Origin: an uncultured Acidobacteriota bacterium
GTDB lineage: Bacteria > Acidobacteriota > Blastocatellia > RBC074
Assembly (NCBI GenBank): GCA_963796275.1
Contig: CAWCKY010000007.1
Span: 448,001-512,000 of the forward strand
Direction of reading: 5' to 3'
Length of the DNA stretch: 64,000 nucleotides
The translations under genes were made by a program, and so were the position numbers. Under the pieces are notes generated by a model. The model worked only from the letters and a program-made list of their open reading frames with translations, ran no database searches and was not told the DNA's origin. Every line of letters starts with the position of its first letter. Position 1 is the first letter of the stretch. Shown piece by piece: positions 44,273 to 57,969 of this stretch.

Positions 44273-44703
44273 AAAGCTCTCCCTTGTTTTGTAAATTTGA
44301 TGTGGCGTTTATTTTTTATCCCGATTCCTGAATTTAAACAAGTAATCTGCTTTGGTGATTGCCATCCACCCGATGATTCGCTGCGATTACCCCATCTCTT
44401 CGACGCGGAAGTGCCCTTTTCGCACTATAGAATGTACTCGCCCGTTCACCGACTTTCGGCGCGACTTCCACGGATTCCGTTGCTCATGCAAATCCTGCTA
44501 ATGCTGTTCTTTTGTTCTCTCCGTAATAATTTTTTTCTTGACATCTGTCGAACAAAAAAGGTATTTATCACGACGAATCAAATTACATTCAAAAGATAAA
44601 ACAGAGTAGTTAAAACTAAAAAGCCTAGACAAAAAGCCAAAATAAAGAGCCTAGTTAAAAAGAGAAATCGAAAAGAGAATAAATAAAAAAGAGAGAAGCT
44701 CCT

Positions 44704-45315
44704 TTGCAAAAGATCAAAGCGATACGACCGTCAGGGCGGCAGAGGCGCAAGTTGCGAACTCCGAATCCGGAGGTGCGTAAGCGGATACTGGAGGCGGCGG
44801 ACAGTCTGATCCATGAGCAGGGATTTCAGTCGCTCAGGATCGAGCAGATCGTCGATCGCGCCGCGCTTTCGATTGGCACTTTTTACCTTTACTTCGAGAG
44901 CAAGGACGACATGTTCATCAATCTCGTGATCGAGAACACGGGACTGCTCCAGCGCCGCGTAGAGGCGGCATCTCAGACAGAAGGGAACGTGTTACACCGT
45001 CTCGACCGCGTGCTGGAAACCTACCTTGACTTTGTCAAGGAGCATGAACGGGGATTCCTTCACTATCATAATACCGGCCACGTCGATACCACGGTGGGGC
45101 CGCTCTCCGTCTGGGCTTGTAACCAGTGCGCTACGGCACTGCAGCCGCTGCTGGAAGAGGGTATGAGAAACGGTGAGATCAGAAAGACTGATCCGCGGCT
45201 CCTATCTCAGGCTATGGCCGGCCTCACGCAACATATTGCCGGCTATTGGCTGCAACACCAGGAGAGTTATACGCGCAGTGAGGTTAAAGATTTCCTCTTC
45301 CGCATATTTGCTTGA
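44704..45315 (+). CDS. TetR/AcrR-family transcriptional regulator
   Basis: ILEAADSLIHEQGF...IEQIVDRAALSIGTFYLYFESK HTH. Confidence 0.9.
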   Translation: MQKIKAIRPSGRQRRKLRTPNPEVRKRILEAADSLIHEQGFQSLRIEQIVDRAALSIGTFYLYFESKDDMFINLVIENTGLLQRRVEAASQTEGNVLHRLDRVLETYLDFVKEHERGFLHYHNTGHVDTTVGPLSVWACNQCATALQPLLEEGMRNGEIRKTDPRLLSQAMAGLTQHIAGYWLQHQESYTRSEVKDFLFRIFA

Positions 45316-45371
45316 AACATTACCGCTATGGTCTCATTTAAAGGGCATTTCGCCCGGGAAAAATGATGCGC

Positions 45372-45565
45372 TTGGAGTTCCGCGGTTACGCGGTCTTATT
45401 CTTTTCGCATGATTTCCCGACCGCCAGAAGGCGGAACTCCAAATCAGGATTTTCGCGCTTTCGGCTTATGTCGCAATGGTGGTTAGTGGAAATTGGGCAG
45501 TTAGCGAAAATTGTATCGACACATTTTAAGCGAACTGCCCAATTCCCACTGCCCACTACTCAGTA
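45372..45565. repeat. Two intergenic palindromes (TTGGAGTTCCGC...GCGGAACTCCAA; AGTGGAAATTGGGCAGTT...AACTGCCCAATTCCCACT)
   Basis: Inverted arms seen directly. Confidence 0.65.
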
Positions 45566-45840
45566 ACTACAATTTTTAGGTCCCGTTCATGCATTTCTAT
45601 GAGCGGGGCCTTGGGTACGATGCAACAGGTAGGACCGGTTACCGACCTGTCCCGCCATTTGCCTTTGACGAATAAAATTTTATTCGCTGGGTCTTCTCTG
45701 TGGGTAGTCCATCAATCCACGACAGTCTTCACGAATCTGAGCTCGAATAATGATCGATCGAATAAACCACTCGAGCAATCGAAACCTGAGCATGACCAAC
45801 TAAACAAGTGTCAACCTTAGCTCTAAAAGGAGGCTACATC

Positions 45841-48729
<2,889 letters not shown>

Positions 48730-49104
48730 TCGATGAACAGATAGAGAAAGAGGGCAGGGGGCAAGGAGACGAGGAAAGTCATTTTAGTCTCCTTGTCTCC
48801 TGCCGTCGCCTTCTCGTCCCTCTTCTCCCTCCTGGCGTACTCGCATCGAAGGCTTCCCGGTGAGCGACATGCTGGGCGAACGCGAGGGATTCGCCGGCCC
48901 GGCTATGCTAGCTCGGTCGAGCCCGGAATTATCCCAGTTGTAAAAAATGCCTGGAGTTTTAGCGCGCCGATCGCAGTCCAACGCAACCGCCGGCCCAGAG
49001 TGAGGACATTACAGATGGGCGACACGGCGATGCTGTATTCGCCCGCTATGTATTATTGTTGGGATTCTCGCGGAGATTTTGATCGTACCGGTTGTGCCCG
49101 GTGG

Positions 49105-50268
49105 TTAGTTCTTTGGGATGCCGGTCGTTTCCGCTTCACGCTCTTTGAGCTTTCGGTGAATCTCCATCTCCCGGGCCGCCAGCGCCTTTTGACCGGTGCG
49201 TTGATAAATCTGAGCGAGCCGGTAATGCGCCTTCGCCAGATCGGGCTTCTGGCTGACAGCCTTGCGCAGCGCGTCGATCGCTTCGTTATACTTCTGTTGC
49301 TCGGAGTAGAGAGCGCCCAGTTCGAAATAGGCCTCCGATAATTGCGGATCGAGCGCGACCGCTTTCTTTAGTGATTTCTCGACCCGGACGAGGTCCACCG
49401 GCTGGTCGGGATCGCGACGCCCCTTCCACAGATTGACCGCATAGAAGTAGTGCGCCATCGCATTTTCGGGGTGATGTTTGACGAACTGCGCCATCCGCCT
49501 GGTGATCTCATCGGCCATTTCGGCCGCCACACCGTACATTTCACCGAGAAACAGATAGGGGCGCGCATCTGCCGGATCCAGATCGGCGGCCTCGCAGAGT
49601 GATTTCACCGCATCGCTGTACTCCCCGCGCGAATAACGCGCGATCCCCATCCCGACGCGGAGTTTGGCCGAGCTTGAATACTTTCCCAGTCCATAGCTGA
49701 ATATCTTAACCGCGGCGTCGAAGGCATTGATTTTGATCAAGCCGTTTCCCAGATCGAGAATGTTCTGCTCGCTCTCGTCCATCCGCGCGGCGCGCTGAAA
49801 CGATTCGGCGGCTGCGACCGGATTGCCCGCCTTATCTTCCACATCGCCCAACAGGGAATGTAGTTCGGCCGTCTCTTTCCACTTGAGAATGCTCTGAATT
49901 TGCGCGCGAGCCCGAGAAAGGTCTCCCGCCTGAAAGTAAGTCAATGCCAGGTCGTAGCTGTTCGCGTAATGTTTGGGATCGATCTGCTGCGCTTTTTCCA
50001 GAAATGGAATGGCAGCGGCCAGTTTGCCCTGCCTGATGTAGAACTCGCCCAGATTGTAATTGGCATCGAAGCTTTCCGGAGTGCGGCGCAGCGCGTCTTT
50101 GAGCGACCGCTCGATCCGGGCGGGATTGGTTACGGTCGTGTCGCGCTGAGGAGGGAAATTCGCCACAAACGCCACAAAAATACAGAGGAGACAAAAGAAA
50201 CTTTTTCTCTCCGGTATTGTGCTTATTCGTGGCTCTTTGTGGTTTTTGTGGCGAAAAATCCTCAACAT
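49105..50268 (-). CDS. TPR protein downstream of a TonB-dependent receptor
   Basis: TPR units (SEAYFELGALYSEQQKYNEAIDALRKAVSQKP); start lies 1 nt after the receptor stop. Confidence 0.88.
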   Translation of the reverse strand: MLRIFRHKNHKEPRISTIPERKSFFCLLCIFVAFVANFPPQRDTTVTNPARIERSLKDALRRTPESFDANYNLGEFYIRQGKLAAAIPFLEKAQQIDPKHYANSYDLALTYFQAGDLSRARAQIQSILKWKETAELHSLLGDVEDKAGNPVAAAESFQRAARMDESEQNILDLGNGLIKINAFDAAVKIFSYGLGKYSSSAKLRVGMGIARYSRGEYSDAVKSLCEAADLDPADARPYLFLGEMYGVAAEMADEITRRMAQFVKHHPENAMAHYFYAVNLWKGRRDPDQPVDLVRVEKSLKKAVALDPQLSEAYFELGALYSEQQKYNEAIDALRKAVSQKPDLAKAHYRLAQIYQRTGQKALAAREMEIHRKLKEREAETTGIPKN

Positions 50269-50269
50269 T

Positions 50270-53200
50270 TTAGAAATAGAACTTCAACGCCAGCTGAATC
50301 TGGCGCGGGTTGTTCCGCTGCGAATCCAGCCGCCCGAAGGTCGCCGACTGGAAGTTCGTGGTACCCGGTATGTTGAAGCTCGGCGTATTGGTCAGATTGA
50401 ATATCTCGGCGCGGAACTCCGAACGGATGCGTTCGGAGACGCGGATGTTTTTAAATACCGAGAAATCGATCTGCCTTTGCGGAGGGCCGGTCACCTGCGT
50501 GCGCCCGCCGCCGAGCGGCGACAGGTCGGTCTGGCCGATACTCGTCGCGCTGGGCGGATTGGTGAAGGCCGCCGCGTTCCAAATGACCTGATAGCCCTGC
50601 GCATCGCGCGTCTCAGCATACGGATTCACGCCCGCAACCAGTAGCGAATTGCAGCCCAGCCCCTCGGTCGTGGCTATCGTGCACCCGATGACCTGCGGCT
50701 GCCCGGTGTAGTAAGAGAACATCCAGTTCGTGCTCCATCCGCCTAAGATCGCATCGCCAATGCCGTTGAGACTGCCCAGGAACGCCTTGCCTTTGCCGAT
50801 CGGCAGATCGTAGATGCCGCCTATGACCAGCCCATGCCTGACGTCGAAGCTGGCGCGCGCCATCTCGTCCCTGATCCATACCACGCCCGGCCCCCGGAAT
50901 CCGCCCGCGCCTCCGTTGCTCAACAGGTCGCCCGCATTGGTCAGGGTCTTGCTCCAAGTGTATGAGACAAGCATATCCAACCCCTTGCTGAACCGGCGCT
51001 GAAACTTCGATTGGAGCGAATGGTAGTGACTGTTGCCGGTTGTCGACGCCAGCGATGAGGCGCGCGCGAAGATCGGGTACGGCACGTATTCTTGCGCGTT
51101 CAAGTTTTGTCCGGGCGGCAATATCGTATGAATGTGATTCGTGCCGACGAACGTTTCGATATGGCGTCCGAGCGAGGCGACATAACCCACCTCGATGGAA
51201 TTGTGCGAGCCCAGTTCGTATTGCGCGATCAGGTTGTATCCCTGGGTGTATGGAGTCTTGTAGTTGAACTCGATGCCGCGCAGATTGAGGCTGTTGGGGT
51301 TGACCTGGCTCGGGTCGAGTGGAACGCCGAGCAATCCGCGTTCAAGCGTCGCGGGAGTGCCGTCGGGATAGAGGAACGCCGACACTTCGTTCGGCGCGCG
51401 GATGGTGAAATCGAACTGGAACGGGTAGTTGTATCCCAGACTCGGATTACCGCCTCGGTTTTCGAACCCGCCATAGTAGATCCCGTAACCGCCCCGCAGG
51501 ACGAGCTTGCTCGTGAATTGATAGGCGAAGCCGAAGCGCGGCCCGAAATTACTCTTTTGCACGCGGCCGATACCAGAACCGAACTCGTCGGAATATACCA
51601 GCTCGATGCCGCTCGCCGCGAGCCCGTTGATGAATGCCTGCGAAACTCTGGGATCGTCCCTGCGCCGCGCCGGGATGATATAGCGCGGTCTCTGGCCGGC
51701 CTCCTGGACGAAGTTGGCCTGCGCATAGTTGGCGTCATTGGTTAAAGAGAACCTCTCCCAGCGCAGCCCCAGGTTGAGTGTGAGCTTGGGAGTGACCTTC
51801 CAGTCGTCCTGGAAATAGGCGCCCCAGTAATTGCGATTGCTGGCAATACTGCCAAACGGCGACGCCTGTAACTGACTCAAGCCGCCGAGACCTATCGCGC
51901 CTGGCGTTATCGCCTCTTCGGCTGTGACCGTGTTCAACAGGAATTGCGCCCGTCCGGTGCTGGCGTCGCGAAGCGCGGGGGCGGAAGTGTAGCTGCCATT
52001 GAAACTGAAATTGCCACGCGCATACGGTGGTCCGACCCATGGGAAGTTAATATACTGATACTCGACTCCGCCCTTGAAGGTGTGGTTCTTGTAAGTCTTT
52101 GTCAAGTTGTTAGTCAATTGTGTGGTGTTGCTCAGTCGATCGGCAACGAGCCATGTCACGGCGCCCAGCCGGGTCAGCCCGTCGATGTTGAGCGGAGGCA
52201 GGCCCCCGTTGCCTTCGACCTGCGGGATCCCCTGGATGCCAAAGGAGACTGGAATATCGGTTGTGTCATTGCCGAGCGGAGGCAGGCGGTTTGAATGCTC
52301 GCGGCTCAACCCCAGACGCACTTCGTTGATCAACGTGGGCGAGAACGAGTGCGTGTAGCTGATGGCCAGACCGCTCGTCCGCACCTTCTCGTCGCCGTCG
52401 CCATATGCACCGCCATCGGCTATGCCCTCGAACGGGCCGGGGCGGAAGCGCACGGTGTCGGCGAAACTGTATCGCCCGAAGATGTGATCGGTGTCTGAAA
52501 AGTGGTGATCGATCCGCACGTCAAATGAGTTGGTGTCGTCCGTCAGATTGCGGATTCCGCCGTAGTTATCACCGGCCGTGCCGGCCTGATTGAAGTTCTC
52601 GGCCGGATAGATATCCATTAGTTTGATCGCATTCGGATTCAAGCGGCTGGCGGGAATTATGTTGCCAGGGAACGGATCACGCACGAACCCTGTGACTTCT
52701 TCGTCATTCCTGACGACCGTGACTTGCCGAGTCGTAGCAGGATCGTAGATAGTTCCCTGAACAATATCACGGCCAAGTATATCCTTTCCGAGGACCTTGT
52801 TGCCCTGCCGCGCGATCAGATCGGAAAAATCTGTATAGCCGCTGGCTCTCTCCGCCGCCGTCGGGACGGAGGCCGTTACCAGGCGTCCCTGCCGGATGCG
52901 CGTGCCCTCGAAATCGCCGAAGAAGAAGGTCTTGTTCTTCCAGATGGGGCCACCCAGCGCTCCGCCGAACTGGTTCTGGCGATATTTGGCTTTGGAGATG
53001 CCGCGAAAATTATTCCCATAATTATTGGCGTCGAGTTTGTCGTTGCGCAGAAACTCCCACACTGCGCCGTGAAACTCGTTCGTCCCTGATTTCATCGTCG
53101 CATTCAAGATCGCGCCGCCAGCGCGGCCGAATTCGGCGCTAAAGGCATTGGTCTGAATTTTGAACTCGCCGATAGCGTCGACCGGCGGCTTGATGACGTA

Positions 53201-53836
53201 GGCGGTTCCATTCAGGAAATCCACGCTGCTCGTGTTGTTATCGATCCCGTCGATCAGGTAGTTGTTCTGAGCCGGCCTGGTGCCGTTGGCGGCAAACTGC
53301 CCGGCCGCTCGCGCACCAGGCTGCGGGATGTTGACGCCCGCGCTCAGCCGCGCCAGGTACGTCCAGTCGCGCCCGTTGAGCGGCATGTTATTGATCGTCT
53401 GTCCGGAGACCGCCTGCCCGACCGAGCTCTCGGTCGTTTGCAGCAGCGGCGCTTCTGTGGTGATCTCGACCGTCTGGCTGATATCTCCAGCCTCGAGGTT
53501 GAAATCGACGACAGCCTGCTCCTGGATATTGAGCTCGATGCGGGAGCGCAGCGCTTTCTTGAATCCGGCTGCTTCGACATCGACCTGGTATGCGCCGATC
53601 TTTATCGGGGTGAAGATGTACCGTCCATCCTCACCGGTCTCCGCCGTTTGCGTGATGCCCGTGCCTTTGTTGGTCAGAACGACTCTGGCCCTGGGCACGA
53701 CCGCCCCGGTCGTGTCTTTCACTGTGCCGAGAATCGTTCCCGTATCGACCTGGGCCGATGCTGACGCGCTTGTAATAACGAGGCAGACGACGATCGTGTA
53801 GACCAACGATGTGAACCTTCCGTATAGCGTGCTCAT
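50270..53836 (-). CDS. TonB-dependent receptor, Oar-like
   Basis: MPLNGRDW, KSGTNEFHG, QDDWKV...LTLNLGLRWE, terminal PRQIQLALKFYF. Confidence 0.93.
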   Translation of the reverse strand: MSTLYGRFTSLVYTIVVCLVITSASASAQVDTGTILGTVKDTTGAVVPRARVVLTNKGTGITQTAETGEDGRYIFTPIKIGAYQVDVEAAGFKKALRSRIELNIQEQAVVDFNLEAGDISQTVEITTEAPLLQTTESSVGQAVSGQTINNMPLNGRDWTYLARLSAGVNIPQPGARAAGQFAANGTRPAQNNYLIDGIDNNTSSVDFLNGTAYVIKPPVDAIGEFKIQTNAFSAEFGRAGGAILNATMKSGTNEFHGAVWEFLRNDKLDANNYGNNFRGISKAKYRQNQFGGALGGPIWKNKTFFFGDFEGTRIRQGRLVTASVPTAAERASGYTDFSDLIARQGNKVLGKDILGRDIVQGTIYDPATTRQVTVVRNDEEVTGFVRDPFPGNIIPASRLNPNAIKLMDIYPAENFNQAGTAGDNYGGIRNLTDDTNSFDVRIDHHFSDTDHIFGRYSFADTVRFRPGPFEGIADGGAYGDGDEKVRTSGLAISYTHSFSPTLINEVRLGLSREHSNRLPPLGNDTTDIPVSFGIQGIPQVEGNGGLPPLNIDGLTRLGAVTWLVADRLSNTTQLTNNLTKTYKNHTFKGGVEYQYINFPWVGPPYARGNFSFNGSYTSAPALRDASTGRAQFLLNTVTAEEAITPGAIGLGGLSQLQASPFGSIASNRNYWGAYFQDDWKVTPKLTLNLGLRWERFSLTNDANYAQANFVQEAGQRPRYIIPARRRDDPRVSQAFINGLAASGIELVYSDEFGSGIGRVQKSNFGPRFGFAYQFTSKLVLRGGYGIYYGGFENRGGNPSLGYNYPFQFDFTIRAPNEVSAFLYPDGTPATLERGLLGVPLDPSQVNPNSLNLRGIEFNYKTPYTQGYNLIAQYELGSHNSIEVGYVASLGRHIETFVGTNHIHTILPPGQNLNAQEYVPYPIFARASSLASTTGNSHYHSLQSKFQRRFSKGLDMLVSYTWSKTLTNAGDLLSNGGAGGFRGPGVVWIRDEMARASFDVRHGLVIGGIYDLPIGKGKAFLGSLNGIGDAILGGWSTNWMFSYYTGQPQVIGCTIATTEGLGCNSLLVAGVNPYAETRDAQGYQVIWNAAAFTNPPSATSIGQTDLSPLGGGRTQVTGPPQRQIDFSVFKNIRVSERIRSEFRAEIFNLTNTPSFNIPGTTNFQSATFGRLDSQRNNPRQIQLALKFYF

Positions 53837-53975
53837 ATGTCCTCCGTGCCAATAACGGTTTGTTATGTTTAATAGCGGGCTGAGAGAGGTTTATTACGAA
53901 CGTTGGCTTAAAGTCGGTGCATCATAGGCTGTTTGCTTCTATGTTGCAACGCTGTGCGGCGAGAAAATAGAAATT

Positions 53976-54083
53976 GCGGTAGCCGATAGTCGGTAGTCGG
54001 TAGTCGGTGTCGGTAGCCGGTAGCCAGTAGCCAGTAGCCAGTAAGCCGGTAGTCGGTAGTGGGTAGTCTGTAGCTGGTAGCCG
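53976..54083. repeat. Degenerate heptamer tandem array (CGGTAGT/CAGTAGC)n
   Basis: cggtagtcggtagtcgg...ccagtagccagtagccag... Confidence 0.85.
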
Positions 54084-54110
54084 TTTCTCTCCAGCCATCA
54101 CTAGCTTCGC

Positions 54111-56780
54111 TTAGTCGTTCCTCAAAGCGACCATCGGCTGGACCCTGGCAGCTCTCAGAGCGGGGATCAGGCAGGCCATCATGGCCGCACACAGGAGCAC
54201 AGCTCCCACCACCGCCAGCGTCGCCAGATATGGAGAACCTGTGCCGTAAAGAGTGCTCTGCATAAGCCGAGCGACCGACCATGCGCATCCGACTCCAAGT
54301 AGCAGACCGGCTGTCGCGAGGGCCAAGCCCTGCTTGAGTACCAACCGCACGACCTGTGACCGGCTAGCCCCCAGGGCGATGCGCAATCCCATCTCCCGCG
54401 TGCGATGCTTGACCAGCTGGCTCATCACCCCATATATCCCGACTGCCGCAAGCAATAATGCCAACCCGGCAAAGCTGCTGTAGATGACTGCCTCGAACCG
54501 CCCGAAAGCAAGCTGGTTCGAAATGATCTCATCAAGCGTTCGCACATTCGCTACCGGCAGATTACGATCCATGGAGCGCACGACACCGGAGATCGATTTT
54601 CTCAGTTGGGCAGGCTCGCTCAATGTCCAAACAGCCAGAGTCGGGTTGGGAAACGGGAACTGGGAGAACGATCCGTAGATTTCCGGCGCATTCCGATGCC
54701 CGAACTCTTCGGCATTATGAATATCGCGGAAAACGCCGATTATCCTGAATTTTGCCGGGCTGCCGGATATGAGCAAGACCTGCGTTAACGGGTCGAGACC
54801 GGCCAGATATTCGCGGGCAAAGGTTTCATTGACCATCACAATCGGTTCGCTCTTGAGGTGATCCTGTGCCGTAAAAGCGCGTCCCTGGACCACTCCAGCT
54901 CCGAAGGTCTCCACAAAACCGTCGGAGATCATTCGCCCTCGGGCCTGATAAAGTGGCTGTGAAGGATTGGACGAAGGGCGGCCCGTGATTGAGAACTTAA
55001 AGGTCCACGTTTCGATCAAGGGCACGGGAACTGGCGGTGGGGTCGAAACCGTCGCCCGGCGAACATCGGGCAATGTCTCTATCTTCCCGATCAGTTCCTG
55101 GTAGAACGCAAACATCTCCTCCGGCGACTTGAAACGATCGGGACGTACCGGCACCCCGAATGTAAGAATATGATCCGTTCTTACACCATGATCGAGGCGC
55201 GTGTTATTCCACAGGCTGCGCAGAGCCATGCCGGCGGCGGCCAACAGAGTGAGTGCCACCGCGAATTCGGTGACCACGAACAGCCTGGCTAGTCGATGAT
55301 GCGCACGGCCGCGGCCTACTCCTCCACCTTCCTTCAGATCGTCGACGAGATTGACCCTGGTTGCCCGCCACGCGGGCACGCAACCGAAAAAGAGGCCCGA
55401 GATCAGGGTCGTCAAGGCGGTGAATAGCAAAACCGGCAGACTGAGCGCGATCTGATCGGTTGGCACACCTGAAGATGGGGGCATGAGCACCAGGAAGGCT
55501 TTCAAGATGCCCAAACTGAGTGCCATACCGAGCGCACCGCCAGCCAGACACAAAACCAGGCTCTCCGTCAGCATTTGCCCGATGAGGGTCCATCGGGTAG
55601 CCCCAAGCGCCGCCCGAACTGCAACTTCCTTCTGATGGGCTGCTCCCCGAGCCAGAAGAAGGTTGGCGACATTGGCGCAGGCGATAAGCAGAACCAGGGT
55701 GACGGCTCCCATCAGCAGCCATAAGTTTTTTAACGTTCGCCCGGGAAGCCACTTGTTCCTCGATCGTTCCACGCTCACGCTCCAACCCGCGTTGGACTTC
55801 GGGTATTCCTGAGCCAGTGCCGCGCTGATCGCGTCTATCTCGGCCTGCGCTTGCGGGAGCGAGATGCCCGGCTTGAGGCGCGCGAGAACGGTCAGCATGC
55901 GATTATCCATGCGGGATTCGTCCGCATTTACGACCAGAACCGGCCACAACGCTTCTTGACCAGCTCCTCGCGCCGCGACTCCAACCACGGTGTAGGATTC
56001 TCCCTCCAGGCGTATGCTCTTCCCAAGAATGTCAGGATCTCCTCCATAGCGCGCCTGCCAGAGACGATTACTCAAGATCACCACATGATGGTTTCCCTTG
56101 AGGCCGTCCTCCGGCGCGAAATCGCGCCCCAGGATCATCCGCTCACCACTCATGGTGAACATACCCGGAGTAACATACTTGATCACGATCTGTTCCGGCT
56201 CCTGCGCGTCATCGTTCAAGGTCACCTGTCTTTGCACCAAGGCGCTGAAGAAGTCAAAGCTCTGGCATCGCTGTTTCCACTCTTCGTACGCCCGCGGCGA
56301 AATGTGAATGCGCGTGCGATCCATGCCATCGCTGGTGCCGCGCCACTCTATGCTGTTGTCGCGAGGTTTGGCCCACAAAACCACGTTCCGGCTGCTTTCA
56401 GCCCACCCTGCCCAAAAAACGCCGTAGATGACGCTGAACATAGCCGTGTTGGGGCCAATCCCGAGAGCGATGACGAGCACCGCGGCGCAGGTGAAAACCG
56501 GGTTTTTCAGCAGCCTGCGGAGGCTATATCGCAAATCCTGCCAGAACCTATCCATAATTCTCCCTCCACGAATCTCATAGGCCATATCCTTCATCAGGCC
56601 CGGATTTCCAAAACTTCTGAGCGCAGCGACCCGCGCTTCCTCCGGCCGCATCCCCCGTTCGATGTTGGTCCGCGTCTCCATCTCGAGGTGTAAACGCATC
56701 TCTTCATCGATCTCCTCGATCATTGCGTCGCGCCGGAAGAGCGCGCGCAGCCGATCTGTCAGAATGTCGAGCCGCTTCAT
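54111..56780 (-). CDS. ADOP-family duplicated ABC permease (two MacB_PCD + FtsX repeats) with N-terminal permease-prefix domain
   Basis: [45 protein letters not shown], terminal QPMVALRND. Confidence 0.92.
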   Translation of the reverse strand: MKRLDILTDRLRALFRRDAMIEEIDEEMRLHLEMETRTNIERGMRPEEARVAALRSFGNPGLMKDMAYEIRGGRIMDRFWQDLRYSLRRLLKNPVFTCAAVLVIALGIGPNTAMFSVIYGVFWAGWAESSRNVVLWAKPRDNSIEWRGTSDGMDRTRIHISPRAYEEWKQRCQSFDFFSALVQRQVTLNDDAQEPEQIVIKYVTPGMFTMSGERMILGRDFAPEDGLKGNHHVVILSNRLWQARYGGDPDILGKSIRLEGESYTVVGVAARGAGQEALWPVLVVNADESRMDNRMLTVLARLKPGISLPQAQAEIDAISAALAQEYPKSNAGWSVSVERSRNKWLPGRTLKNLWLLMGAVTLVLLIACANVANLLLARGAAHQKEVAVRAALGATRWTLIGQMLTESLVLCLAGGALGMALSLGILKAFLVLMPPSSGVPTDQIALSLPVLLFTALTTLISGLFFGCVPAWRATRVNLVDDLKEGGGVGRGRAHHRLARLFVVTEFAVALTLLAAAGMALRSLWNNTRLDHGVRTDHILTFGVPVRPDRFKSPEEMFAFYQELIGKIETLPDVRRATVSTPPPVPVPLIETWTFKFSITGRPSSNPSQPLYQARGRMISDGFVETFGAGVVQGRAFTAQDHLKSEPIVMVNETFAREYLAGLDPLTQVLLISGSPAKFRIIGVFRDIHNAEEFGHRNAPEIYGSFSQFPFPNPTLAVWTLSEPAQLRKSISGVVRSMDRNLPVANVRTLDEIISNQLAFGRFEAVIYSSFAGLALLLAAVGIYGVMSQLVKHRTREMGLRIALGASRSQVVRLVLKQGLALATAGLLLGVGCAWSVARLMQSTLYGTGSPYLATLAVVGAVLLCAAMMACLIPALRAARVQPMVALRND

Positions 56781-56792
56781 GACCCTACTCCC

Positions 56793-57125
56793 TTACGTCG
56801 CGTCTCTCACTTTCGCGATCGCCAGTGCGAGCAGGTCCCAGCTCTTCTCTTCGACCGTCAGCTGCTTGCGCCCGGCTCTGGTTAATGTGTAGAACTTCGC
56901 CCGGCGGCCGGTCTCGTTCATCCCCCACTTGGAGCTGACCCAGCCGCGCTGCTCGATCCGATAGAGCGCCGGGTAGAGCGACCCTTGCTCGACCATCAGC
57001 ATCTCGCCGGATAACTGCCTGATGCGTTGAATGACGCCGTACCCATGCAGCGGTCCCAAGCTCAGAGACTTGAGAATCAGCATGTCGAGCGTCCCCTGAA
57101 GCAAATCTGCCTTTGGTGTATCCAA
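56793..57125 (-). CDS. PadR-family transcriptional regulator (acidobacterial ADOP-associated type)
   Basis: DLLQGTLDMLILKSL..GPLHGYG, GSLYPALYR, RRAKFYTLT; TTG start with GGAGG RBS. Confidence 0.92.
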   Translation of the reverse strand: MDTPKADLLQGTLDMLILKSLSLGPLHGYGVIQRIRQLSGEMLMVEQGSLYPALYRIEQRGWVSSKWGMNETGRRAKFYTLTRAGRKQLTVEEKSWDLLALAIAKVRDAT

Positions 57126-57172
57126 AACTTACCTCCCGATATCGTCCTGATTAAATGGCTTCGCCTAGCAAG

Positions 57173-57220
57173 CCTAGACTGCCTAACCATAACATGGTTG
57201 GAAATGCCTAGAATGTCAAG
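57173..57220 (-). promoter_or_regulatory. Candidate PadR operator pair overlapping a TTGACA -35 box
   Basis: Minus strand CTTGACATTCTAGG (57207-57220) and TTAGGCAGTCTAGG (57173-57186). Confidence 0.55.
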
Positions 57221-57253
57221 GTTCCCTGAACAAGATTTGCTACGATTATCTGG

Positions 57254-57466
57254 ATGGCGGTAGGGCGAGATAGCTTACCGGCAATTGCTGGGGGTGACTT
57301 CGAGAAATTATTGAAAGTCCATCTTCTTGATATTCGAACCGGTCAACTCAACCCGATGACCGTAGTTCATCGTTCTTCTGTAACCGCAGTTGCTTTTTCA
57401 CCTGATGGAGAGCGTTTGGCAAGCGGGGGTCAGGGGCATCTACTCATCATCATCTCACAAGAATGA
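57254..57466 (+). pseudogene. WD40-repeat gene fragment
   Basis: HRSSVTAVAFSPDGERLASGG is a single WD40 blade. Confidence 0.6.
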
Positions 57467-57558
57467 AAAGGGGATAGTTACTATCTCGCGTATCAAGTAG
57501 CGCTTAGCGTTCTTTGAGCATTTACGCCAAACCTTCGGATGAGCGACACAACCCACCT

Positions 57559-57613
57559 CCTATTGACATTCTGTACGGAAGGATATATCTCTCCTGTACA
57601 GAATATCTATAGG
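57559..57613 (+). promoter_or_regulatory. Candidate PadR operator: 18-bp inverted repeat covering the -35 box and RBS
   Basis: CCTATTGACATTCTGTAC (57559-57576) ... GTACAGAATATCTATAGG (57596-57613). Confidence 0.6.
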
Positions 57614-57623
57614 AGAAAGTGAT

Positions 57624-57956
57624 ATGAAGGAAAAGAAAGCGGATCTTTTACAGGGGACGCTCGACCTGCTGGTGTTGAAGGCGCTGGCCCTCGGCCCGCT
57701 GCACGGGCTGGGCGTCTCGCGCCGGATCGAGCAGATGACCAAGGGGACTTTCCAGGTCAAACCGGGATCCCTCTTTCCGGCCTTGCACCGGATGGAAGAA
57801 GCGGGCTGGCTCGTCTCATCGTGGGGTGAGTCGGAGAACAATCGGAGGGCCAAGTATTATCGCCTGACGAAAGCCGGGCAGCGGCAGCTCAAGGTGGAGA
57901 CCGAGGGCTGGGAGCGAATCGCGCTGGCGATCGCCAACGCGCTCCAAACGACATAA
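57624..57956 (+). CDS. PadR-family transcriptional regulator (ADOP-associated)
   Basis: DLLQGTLDLLVLKAL..GPLHGLG, GSLFPALHR, NRRAKYYRLT. Confidence 0.92.
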   Translation: MKEKKADLLQGTLDLLVLKALALGPLHGLGVSRRIEQMTKGTFQVKPGSLFPALHRMEEAGWLVSSWGESENNRRAKYYRLTKAGQRQLKVETEGWERIALAIANALQTT

Positions 57957-57969
57957 GGAGAAGAGGATC

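Noticed and set aside
48793-49341. 182-aa ORF between the cytochrome and TPR genes
   Set aside because: Begins in a pyrimidine-rich repeat, overlaps the TPR gene antisense, and has no motifs
53908-54288. ORF with YRLPTTD repeats
   Set aside because: Translation of the intergenic heptamer array overlapping the permease end; not a credible gene
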